The translations under genes were made by a program, and so were the position numbers. From Macrostomum hystrix (Eukaryota > Animalia > Platyhelminthes), in contig CATNEN010000038.1 of the NCBI GenBank assembly GCA_950097015.1, positions 29,140,001 to 29,204,000 on the forward strand: a DNA stretch of 64,000 nt, read 5' to 3'. This document shows, piece by piece, positions 37,301 through 49,300 of this stretch; the stretch's first letter is position 1, and every line of letters starts with the position of its first letter. The notes below the pieces were generated by a model. That model worked only from the letters and a program-made list of their open reading frames with translations. It had not been told where the DNA came from and made no database searches.

Positions 37301-40300
37301 TGTTCCTCCTTCTGTCCCTCCTTCTGTCCCTCCTTCTCTCCCTCCTTCTGTCCCTCCTTCTCTCCCTCCTTCTCTCCCTCCTTCTCTCCCTCCTTCTGTC
37401 CCTTCTTCTCTCCCTCCTTCTCTCCCTCCTTCTGTCCCTCCTTCTGTCCCTCCTTCTGTCCCTCCTTCTGTCCCTCCTTCTCTCCCTCCTTCTGTCCCTC
37501 CTTCTCTCCCTCCTTCTCTCCCTCCTTCTGTCCCTCCTTCTCTCCCTCCTTCTGTCCCTCCTTCTCTCCCTCCTTCTGTCCCTCCTTCTCTCCCTCCTTC
37601 TCTCCCTCCTTCTGTCCCTCCTTCTCTCCCTCCTTCTGTCCCTCCTTCTCTCCCTCCTTCTCTCCCTCCTTCTGTCCCTCCTTCTCTCCCTCCTTCTGTC
37701 CCTCCTTCTCTCCCTCCTTCTGTCCCTCCTTCTCTCCCTCCTTCTCTCCCTCCTTCTGTCCCTCCTTCTCTCCCTCCTTCTGTCCCTCCTTCTCTCCCTC
37801 CTTCTGTCCCTCCTTCTGTCCCTCCTTCTCTCCCTCCTTCTCTCCCTCCTTCTGTCCCTCCTTCTGTCCCTCCTTCTCTCCCTCCTTCTCTCCCTCCTTC
37901 TGTCCCTCCTTCTGTCCCTCCTTCTGTCCCTCCTTCTGTCCCTCCTTCTCTCCCTCCTTCTGTCCCTCCTTCTGTCCCTCCTTCTGTCCCTCCTTCTCTC
38001 CCTCCTTCTCTCCCTCCTTCTCTCCCTCCTTCTCTCCCTCCTTCTGTCCCTCCTTCTCTCCCTCCTTCTGTCCCTCCTTCTCTCCCTCCTTCTGTCCCTC
38101 CTTCTCTCCCTCCTTCTCTCCCTCCTTCTGTCCCTCCTTCTCTCCCTCCTTCTGTCCCTCCTTCTCTCCCTCCTTCTGTCCCTCCTTCTCTCCCTCCTTC
38201 TCTCCCTCCTTCTCTCCCTCCTTCTGTCCCTCCTTCTCTCCCTCCTTCTGTCCCTCCTTCTGTCCCTCCTTCTGTCCCTCCTTCTGTCCCTCCTTCTCTC
38301 CCTCCTTCTGTCCCTCCTTCTGTCCCTCCTTCTGTCCCTCCTTCTCTCCCTCCTTCTGTCCCTCCTTCTGTCCCTCCTTCTCTCCCTCCTTCTCTCCCTC
38401 CTTCTGTCCCTCCTTCTGTCCCTCCTTCTGTCCCTCCTTCTGTCCCTCCTTCTCTCCCTCCTTCTGTCCCTCCTTCTGTCCCTCCTTCTCTCCCTCCTTC
38501 TGTCCCTCCTTCTGTCCCTCCTTCTGTCCCTCCTTCTGTCCCTCCTTCTCTCCCTCCTTCTGTCCCTCCTTCTCTCCCTCCTTCTGTCCCTCCTTCTGTC
38601 CCTCCTTCTGTCCCTCCTTCTCTCCCTCCTTCTGTCCCTCCTTCTGTCCCTCCTTCTGTCCCTCCTTCTCTCCCTCCTTCTGTCCCTCCTTCTGTCCCTC
38701 CTTCTGTCCCTCCTTCTGTCCCTCCTTCTCTCCCTCCTTCTGTCCCTCCTTCTCTCCCTCCTTCTGTCCCTCCTTCTGTCCCTCCTTCTGTCCCTCCTTC
38801 TCTCCCTCCTTCTGTCCCTCCTTCGTTTTCCTCCTTTTCTGTATCTTATTCGTTTGTTTCCAGCAACAGTCAGCCTTAACTTCTGTCTGACTAACTGTCT
38901 GTCATTAATCTCTATTGTTGTTTTCTAACCAGATAAGTAATGCTTTTCGAGACGCAAGTCCCGCTGTCGCATTTAATTTCGCATTCGCTCCATCTTCAGA
39001 TCCTAAAACCCGTCATTAACATCCCTGAGTCTGAAGAAGTGCTCACTAAAATGTTTTCCTCATTACTATTATTGTCAACGCATACCCGTGTAGCCATATG
39101 CTTGATATGCACCAATCTGCTGTATTCTATACATAATTTTTCTTCTCTAGCTCACTGTCAAATGTGAACTAATACTAGGTAAAACAATTATAATGATATA
39201 ATATTTATTTTAGGAGGGCTGTGGGCATTGGCAAATCGTTTGGTGACACTAGACCCGCAGCCAGCTAGAGGGCGGTTCTGCCCATTGCGCTGACTCCTGA
39301 GCACACACGCACACGGGTGTGTACATCTGACTCGAATTTCATTGTCAGGCAGTGTACACTCTCACTGTGCCCTAGAGGTTGGACCTCAATGGCGTACATT
39401 GCACTACAATGCACCCAAAGCCTTCTCTCCGCGGCTGCGCCCCAAAATAAATGTGGCCTCGCCGTGGAATCGAACTCAGGGACCTTGGGCAAACGCGTTA
39501 GACCGCCCTGGCCATGACCCCGCTAGACGAAGATATTCGGTGGCACCCAGATAATGATCTATAAGCTAATATTTATTTCCCGATAGCATATTCACGGAAA
39601 TATAAGCATTAGTCAGAATAGAGCATTACAGATGGTCCATTTAATGATTTCCTGTTAACAGGACCATTTGTCATTAATTAGCCATGAGAACTCAGCCTGT
39701 TATGATAGAGCCTATCAAGGGGCTATAAATGTCTCGATTTATCTAGCCTAATATATTCGGGGGGTATTTTGATTTAACAGCCAATTCTGTTGCGCAACTC
39801 TGGGGTATCTGCAACAGATGACGCGGAAATTTTCTCACAAATGTGAGACTAGAAATCTGCATGCAAGAGATCTAAAGAAGGATATTAGTATAAGATGGAT
39901 AGTTTTACCTAAACATATTCTTGACTTCACTGAAGGATAAACTCTGATAAATTTGATTCATGTGCCAGCGAATCCTAACTCCGCTCTCTCTCTCTGTCCC
40001 ACTCTATGTTTCTAAGAAAGAAGTGCGAAAACTGATCTAATTAGCGGTTTCTTAGAAAAGCTGCGTTTCAGAATTTCAAAGTTCGTCCAATCCCCAACGA
40101 TACTTTTAAATTTCTAGACATCATTTAGCTTTCAACAAAATTTTTAGCTTTTACTCGTAACTAATCAACTTTTAAAATTGAATGGCTATGCTGTTACTGC
40201 AACTATGCCATTCCATCACCTATGCCATTCCATCACCTATGCCATTCCATCACCTATGCCATTCCATCACCTATGCCATTCCATAAACTATGCCATTCCA

Positions 40301-43300
40301 TCAACTATGCCATTCCATAAACTATGCCATTCCATAAACTATGCCATTCAATCAACTATGCCATTCAATCAACTATGCCATTCCATCAACTATGCCATTC
40401 CATCAACTATGCCATTCCATCACCTATGCCATTCCACCAACTATGCCATTCCATCAACTATGCCATTCCATCACCTATGCCATTCCATCACCTATGCCAT
40501 TCCATAAACTATGCCATTCCATAAACTATGCCATTCCATCACCTATGCCATTCCATCACCTATGCCATTCCATCACCTATGCCATTCCATCACCTATGCC
40601 ATTCCATCACCTATGCCATTCCATCACCTATGCCATTCCATTAACTATGCCATTCCATCAACTATGCCATTCCATCAACTATGCCATTCCATAAACTATG
40701 CCATTCCATCACCTATGCCATTCCATTAACTATGCCATTCCATCAACTATGCCATTCCATCAACTATGCCATTCCATAAACTATGCCATTCCATAAACTA
40801 TACCATTCCATCACCTATGCCATTCCATCAACTATGCCATTCCATCAACTATGCCATTCCATCAACTATGCCATTCCATCACCTATGCCATTCCATAAAC
40901 TATGCCATTCCATTAACTATACCATTCCATCACCTATGCCATTCCATAAACTATGCCATTCCATAAACTATGCCATTCCATAAACTATGCCATTCCATAA
41001 ACTATGCCATTCCATAAACTATGCCATTTCATAAACTATGCCATTCCATAAACTATGCCATTCCATCAACTATGCCATTCCATCAACTATGTCATTCCAT
41101 AAACTAGACCATTCCATCACCTATGCCATTCCATCAACTATGCCATTCCATCAACTATGCCATTCCATCAACTATGCCATTCCATCACCTATGCCATTCC
41201 ATAAACTATGCCATTCCATAAACTATACCATTCCATCACCTATGCCATTCAATCACCTATGCCATTCAACCAACTATGCCATTCCATCAACTATGCCATT
41301 CAATCACCTATGCCATTCAACCAACTATGCCATTCCATCAACTATGCCATTCAATCACCTATGCCATTCAACCAACTATGCCATTCCATCAACTATGCCA
41401 TTCAATCACCTATGCCATTCAACCAACTATGCCATTCCATCAACTATGCCATTCAATCACCTATGCCATTCAACCAACTATGCCATTCCATCAACTATGC
41501 CATTCAATCACCTATGCCATTCAACCAACTATGCCATTCCATCAACTATGCCATTCAATCACCTATGCCATTCAACCAACTATGCCATTCCATCAACTAT
41601 GCCGTTCAATCACCTATGCCATTCAACCAACTATGCCATTCCATCAACTATGCCATTCAACCAACTATGCCATTCAACCAACTATGCCATTCAACCAACT
41701 ATGCCATTCAACCAACTATGCCATTCAACCAACTATGCCATTCCATCACCTATGCCATTCCATTAACTATACCATTCCATCACCTATGCCGTTCCATAAA
41801 CTATGCCATTCCATAAACTATGCCATTCAATCAACTATGCCATTCCATCAACTATGCCATTCCATAAACTATGCCATTCCATCAACTATACCATTCCATT
41901 AACTATACCATTCCATCAACTATGCCATTCCATCACCTATGCCGTTCCATCAACTATGCCATTCCATTAACTATACCATTCCATCACCAATGCCATTCCA
42001 TCAACTATGCCATTCCATCACCAATGCCGTTCCATCAACTATGCCATTCCATCAACTATGCCATTCCATCACCTATGCCGTTCCATCAACTATGCCATTC
42101 CATCACCTATGCCATTCCATCACCTATGCCATTACATCAACTATGCCATTCCATCAACTATGCCATTCCATAATTGTTGAGCTCCGCTGCCATGCCAACA
42201 GGTACACAGTCCTACCCAATGGCTATCTGCAGTTATCCAATGTGCAGCCAGAGGACTCAGCCATATACCAGTGCTTCGCAGTGAACTCGGCAGGGGAAGT
42301 CTATCACACATGTTGGCTTCGAGTTAACAGTAAGTTGCACTGCAACTTCTCAGCAATAATTTATATTTTTTACAGCAACTGACTTTTTTTCCGGATAGCA
42401 AAAGAAAATAACATAATTTGCTGTCGTAGCACGGGATATTTCAAGCCTATAATTTTATTGTAAATAAGAAATAATAATAAGGAAATATTTATGAACCTGG
42501 CTTAGCAACCTTCAGCTAGCCGTCTGTCAATTTCTTCCGCTAGCTAGAGTCTCAAATTCGTTCTCTAGAAGAAATATTAAATTAGACAGAAAATAAATAA
42601 AATGACGGATCAAAAACTAATTTCATTTGTTGCTATTTTTTTCTTTTGCTTAACTGCTTTCTCTCCCCTAATCTGTCTTTCCTCTCCCCTTATCTGTGTC
42701 TTTCTCCCTCCTTATCTGTGCCTTTCTCCCTCCTTATCTGTGTCTTTCTCCCTCCTTATCTGTGTCTTTCTCCCTCCTTATCTGTGTCTTTCTCCCTCCT
42801 TATCTGTGTCTTTCTCCCTCCTTATCTGTGTCTTTCTCCCTCCTTATCTGTGTCTTTCTCCCTCCTTATCTGTGTCTTTCTCCCTCCTTATCTGTGTCTT
42901 TCTCCCTCCTTATCTGTGTCTTTCTCCCTCCTCATCTGTGTCTTTCTCCCTCCTTATCTGTGTCTTTCTCCCTCCTTATCTGTGTCTTTCTCCCTCCTTA
43001 TCTGTGTCTTTCTCCCTCCTTATCTGTGTCTTTCTCCCTCATTATCTGTGTCTTTCTCCCTCATTATCTGTGCCATTCTACCTCCTTATCTGTGTCTTTC
43101 TCCCTCCTTATCTGTGTCTTTCTCCCTCCTTATCTGTGTCTTTCTCCCTCCTTATCTGTACCTTTCTCTCTCCTTATCTGTGTCTTTCTCCCTCCTTATC
43201 TGTGTCTTTCTCTCCTCTTGTCTATGTCATTCTTACCACATAATCCAAAGCTCATTTAATTGTATTTTATGAGCTTTGGAGACAGGAGACAGGACATCTC

Positions 43301-46300
43301 TCCCCTGTCTTATCTCATCCCTGTTTCATCTCTGCCGTGTCTCATCTCTCCCCCTGTATCATCTCTCCCCTGTCTCATCTCTCCCCTGTCTTATCTCATC
43401 CCTGTTTCATCTCTCCCGTGTCTCATCTCTCCACCTGTATCAACTCTCCCCTGTCTCATCTCTCCCCTGTCTCATCTCATCCCTGTTTCATCTCTGCCGT
43501 GTCTCATCTCTCCCCCTGTATCATCTCTCCCCTGTCTCATCTCTCCCCTGTCTTATCTCATCCCTGTTTCATCTCTGCCGTGTCTCATCTCTCCCCTGTC
43601 TCATCTCTCCCCTGTCTCATCTCTCCCCTGTCTCATCTCTCCCCTGTCTTATCTCATCCCTGTCTCATCTCTCCCCTGTCTCATCTCTCCCCTGTCTCAT
43701 CTCTCCCGTGTCTCATCTCTCCACCTGTATCATCTCTCCCCTGTCTCATCTCTCCCCTGTCTTATCTCATCCCTGTTTCATCTCTGCCGTGTCTCATCTC
43801 TCCCCCTGTATCATCTCTCCCCTGTCTCATCTCTCCCCTGTCTTATCTCATCCCTGTTTCATCTCTCCCGTGTCTCATCTCTCCACCTGTATCAACTCTC
43901 TCCTGTCTCATTTCTCCCCTGTCTTATCTCATCCCTGTCTCATCTCTCCCCTGTCTCATCTCTCCCCTGTCTCATCTCTCCCCTGTCTCATCTCTCCCGT
44001 GTCTCATCTCTCCACCTGTATCATCTCTCCCCTGTCTCATCTCTCCCCTGTCTTATCTCATCCCTGTTTCATCTCTGCCGTGTCTCATCTCTCCCCCTGT
44101 ATCATCTCTCCCCTGTCTCATCTCTCCCCTGTCTTATCTCATCCCTGTTTCATCTCTGCCGTGTCTCATCTCTCCCCTGTCTCATCTCTCCCCTGTCTCA
44201 TCTCTCCCCTGTCTTATCTCATCCCTGTCTCATCTCTCCCCTGTCTCATCTCTCCCCTGTCTCATCTCTCCCGTGTCTCATCTCTCCACCTGTATCATCT
44301 CTCCCCTGTCTCATCTCTCCCCTGTCTTATCTCATCCCTGTTTCATCTCTGCCGTGTCTCATCTCTCCCCCTGTATCATCTCTCCCCTGTCTCATCTCTC
44401 CCCTGTCTTATCTCATCCCTGTTTCATCTCTCCCGTGTCTCATCTCTCCACCTGTATCAACTCTCCCCTGTCTCATCTCTCCCCTGTCTTATCTCATCCC
44501 TGTTTCATCTCTGCCGTGTCTCATCTCTCCCTCTGTATCATCTCTCCCCTGTCTCATCTCTCCCCTGTCTTATCTCATCCCTGTTTCATCTCTGCCGTGT
44601 CTCATCTCTCCCCTGTCTCATCTCTCCCCTGTCTCATCTCTCCCCTGTCTCATCTCTCCCCTGTTTCATCTCTCCCGTGTCTCATCTCTCCCCCTGTATC
44701 ATCTCTCCCCTGTCTCGTCTCTCCCCTGTCTCATCTCTCCCCTGTCTCATCTCTCCCGTGTCTCATCTCTCCCCTGTCTCGTCTCTCCCCTGTCTCATCT
44801 CTCCCCTGTCTCATCTCTCCCCTGTCTCATCTCTCCCCTGTCTCATCTATCCCCTGTCTTATCTCATCCCTGTTTCATCTCTGCCGTGTCTCATCTCTCC
44901 CCCTGTATCATCTCTCCCCTGTCTAATCTCTCCCCTGTCTTATCTCATCCCTGTTTCATCTCTCCCGTGTCTCATCTCTCCCCCTGTATCATCTCTCCCC
45001 TGTCTCATCTCTCCCCTGTCTTATCTCATCCCTGTTTCATCTCTCCCGTGTCTCATCTCTCCACCTGTATCAACTCTCCCCTGTCTCATCTCTCTCCTGT
45101 CTTATCTCATCCCTGTTTCATCTCTGCCGTGTCTCATCTCTCCCCCTGTTTCATCTCTCCCCTGTCTCATCTCTCCCCTGTCTCATCTCTCCCCTGTCTC
45201 ATCTCTCCCCTGTCTCATCTCTCCCCTGTCTCATCTCTCCCCTGTCTTATCTCATCCCTGTTTCATCTCTCCCCTGTCTCATCTCTCCCCTGTCTTATCT
45301 CATCCCTGTTTCATCTCTGCCGTGTCTCATCTCTCCCCCTGTATCATCTCTCCCCTGTCTCATCTCTCCCCTGTCTTATCTCATCCCTGTTTCATCTCTC
45401 CCGTGTCTCATCTCTCCACCTGTATCAACTCTCCCCTGTCTCATCTCTCCCCTGTCTTATCTCATCCCTGTTTCATCTCTGCCGTGTCTCATCTCTCCCC
45501 CTGTATCATCTCTCCCCTGTCTCATCTCTCCCCTGTCTCATCTCTCCCGTGTCTCATCTCTCCCCTGTCTCGTCTCTCCCCTGTCTCATCTCTCCCCTGT
45601 CTCATCTCTCCCCTGTCTTATCTCATCCCTGTTTCATCTCTGCCGTGTCTCATCTCTCCCCCTGTATCATCTCTCCCCTGTCTCATCTCTCCCCTGTCTT
45701 ATCTCATCCCTGTTTCATCTCTGCCGTGTCTCATCTCTCCCCCTGTATCATCTCTCCCCTGTCTCGTCTCTCCCCTGTCTCATCTCTCCCCTGTCTCATC
45801 TCTCCCGTGTCTCATCTCTCCCCTGTCTCGTCTCTCCCCTGTCTCATCTCTCCCCTGTCTCATCTCTCCCGTGTCTCATCTCTCCCCTGTCTCATCTATC
45901 CCCTGTCTTATCTCTCCCCTGTCTCATCTCTCCCCTGTCTCATCTCTCCCCTGTCTCATCTCTCCCCTGTCTCATCTCTCCCCTGTCTCATCTCTCCCCT
46001 GTCTCATCTCTCCCCTGTCTCATCTCTCCCCTGTCTCATCTCTCCCCTGTCTCATCTCTCCCCTGTCTTATCTCATCCCTGTCTCATCTCTCCCCTGTCT
46101 CATCTCTCCCCTGTCTCATCTCTCCCCTGTCTCATCTCTCCCCTGTCTTATCTCATCCCTGTCTCATCTCTCCCCTGTCTCATCTCTCCCCTGTCTCATC
46201 TCTCCCCTGTCTCATCTCTCCCGTGTCTCATCTCTCCACCTGTATCATCTCTCCCCTGTCTCATCTCTCCCCTGTCTTATCTCATCCCTGTTTCATCTCT

Positions 46301-49300
46301 GCCGTGTCTCATCTCTCCCCCTGTATCATCACTCCCCTGTCTCATCTCTCCCCTGTCTTATCTCATCCCTGTTTCATCTCTCCCGTGTCTCATCTCTCCA
46401 CCTGTATCAACTCTCCCCTGTCTCATCTCTCCCCTGTCTCATCTCATCCCTGTTTCATCTCTGCCGTGTCTCATCTCTCCCCCTGTATCATCTCTCCCCT
46501 GTCTCATCTCTCCCCTGTCTTATCTCATCCCTGTTTCATCTCTGCCGTGTCTCATCTCTCCCCTGTCTCATCTCTCCCCTGTCTCATCTCTCCCCTGTCT
46601 CATCTCTCCCCTGTCTTATCTCATCCCTGTCTCATCTCTCCCCTGTCTCATCTCTCCCCTGTCTCATCTCTCCCGTGTCTCATCTCTCCACCTGTATCAT
46701 CTCTCCCCTGTATCATCTCTCCCCTGTCTCATCTCTCCCCTGTCTTATCTCATCCCTGTTTCATCTCTGCCGTGTCTCATCTCTCCCCTGTCTCATCTCT
46801 CCCCTGTCTCATCTCTCCCCTGTCTTATCTCATCCCTGTTTCATCTCTGCCGTGTCTCATCTCTCCCCTGTCTCATCTCTCCCCTGTCTCATCTCTCCCC
46901 TGTCTCATCTCTCCCCTGTCTTATCTCATCCCTGTCTCATCTCTCCCCTGTCTCATCTCTCCCCTGTCTCATCTCTCCCGTGTCTCATCTCTCCACCTGT
47001 ATCATCTCTCCCCTGTCTCATCTCTCCCCTGTCTTATCTCATCCCTGTTTCATCTCTGCCGTGTCTCATCTCTCCCCCTGTATCATCTCTCCCCTGTCTC
47101 ATCTCTCCCCTGTCTTATCTCATCCCTGTTTCATCTCTCCCGTGTCTCATCTCTCCACCTGTATCAACTCTCCCCTGTCTCATCTCTCCCCTGTCTTATC
47201 TCATCCCTGTTTCATCTCTGCCGTGTCTCATCTCTCCCCCTGTATCATCTCTCCCCTGTCTCATCTCTCCCCTGTCTTATCTCATCCCTGTTTCATCTCT
47301 GCCGTGTCTCATCTCTCCCCTGTCTCATCTCTCCCCTGTCTCATCTCTCCCCTGTCTCATCTCTCCCCTGTCTTATCTCATCCCTGTCTCATCTCTCCCC
47401 TGTCTCATCTCTCCCCTGTCTCATCTCTCCCCTGTCTTATCTCATCCCTGTCTCATCTCTCCCCTGTCTCATCTCTCCCCTGTCTCATCTCTCCCCTGTC
47501 TCATCTCTCCCGTGTCTCATCTCTCCACCTGTATCATCTCTCCCCTGTCTCATCTCTCCCCTGTCTTATCTCATCCCTGTTTCATCTCTGCCGTGTCTCA
47601 TCTCTCCCCCTGTATCATCTCTCCCCTGTCTCATCTCTCCCCTGTCTTATCTCATCCCTGTTTCATCTCTCCCGTGTCTCATCTCTGCACCTGTATCAAC
47701 TCTCCCCTGTCTCATCTCTCCCCTGTCTTATCTCATCCCTGTTTCATCTCTGCCGTGTCTCATCTCTCCCCCTGTATCATCTCTCCCCTGTCTCATCTCT
47801 CCCCTGTCTTATCTCATCCCTGTTTCATCTCTGCCGTGTCTCATCTCTCCCCTGTCTCATCTCTCCCCTGTCTCATCTCTCCCCTGTCTCATCTCTCCCC
47901 TGTCTTATCTCATCCCTGTCTCATCTCTCCCCTGTCTCATCTCTCCCCTGTCTCATCTCTCCCCTGTCTTATCTCATCCCTGTCTCATCTCTCCCCTGTC
48001 TCATCTCTCCCCTGTCTCATCTCTCCCCTGTCTCATCTCTCCCGTGTCTCATCTCTCCACCTGTATCATCTCTCCCCTGTCTCATCTCTCCCCTGTCTTA
48101 TCTCATCCCTGTTTCATCTCTGCCGTGTCTCATCTCTCCCCCTGTATCATCTCTACCCTGTCTCATCTCTCCCCTGTCTTATCTCATCCCTGTTTCATCT
48201 CTCCCGTGTCTCATCTCTCCACCTGTATCAACTCTCCCCTGTCTCATCTCTCCCCTGTCTTATCTCATCCCTGTTTCATCTCTGCCGTGTCTCATCTCTC
48301 CCCCTGTATCATCTCTCCCCTGTCTCATCTCTCCCCTGTCTTATCTCATCCCTGTTTCATCTCTGCCGTGTCTCATCTCTCCCCTGTCTCATCTCTCCCC
48401 TGTCTCATCTCTCCCCTGTCTCATCTCTCCCCTGTCTTATCTCATCCCTGTCTCATCTCTCCCCTGTCTCATCTCTCCCGTGTCTCATCTCTCCACCTGT
48501 ATCATCTCTCCCCTGTCTCATCTCTCCCCTGTCTTATCTCATCCCTGTTTCATCTCTGCCGTGTCTCATCTCTCCCCCTGTATCATCTCTCCCCTGTCTC
48601 ATCTCTACCCTGTCTTATCTCATCCCTGTTTCATCTCTCCCGTGTCTCATCTCTCCACCTGTATCAACTCTCTCCTGTCTCATCTATCCCCTGTCTTGTC
48701 TCATCCCTGTCTCATCTCTCCCCTGTCTCATCTCTCCCCTGTCTCATCTCTCCCCTGTCTCATCTCTCCCCTGTCTTATCTCATCCCTGTCTCGTCTCTC
48801 CCCTGTCTCGTCTCTCCCCTGTCTCATCTCTACCCTGTCTCGTCTCTCCTGTGTCTCATCTCTCCCCTGTCTCATCTCTCCCCTGTCTCATCTCTCCCGT
48901 GTCTCATCTCTACCGTGTCTCATCTCTCCCCTGTCTCGTCTCTCCCCTGTCTCATCTCTCCCTTGTCTCATCTGTCACCTGTCTTATCCCTACCCCCATC
49001 TCATCTCTCCCTTTCTCATCTCTCCCATTTATTATTTTCCAGTTTCAAATATTTCCGATATCAAAATTCCTGAATCCGTATAAAAAACTTATGTTTGACT
49101 TTCGGGTCGAAATTTTTTTAGTCAATTTGTCATTCTAAATCATTTGATAAGTGACTAGTGTTCAATAACCTTATGAATATTTGTCGTTTCGCCTATGACG
49201 CAACGTAGCTTTTCATTCTCTGTTGGCTCTTTCGCGTAGCATCGGCAAAGATTTAAAAAAATCCTAACTATAAGACAGCAAGGCTTTTAGCATGAAAGAA

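Noticed and set aside
43260-49138. ORFs of up to 1937 aa in several frames
   Set aside because: They are translations of a stop-poor 16-bp satellite inside an intron. The same applies to the repetitive ORFs at 17.8, 20, 26, 30, 35, 37-39, 40-42, 42.6 and 50-51 kb.
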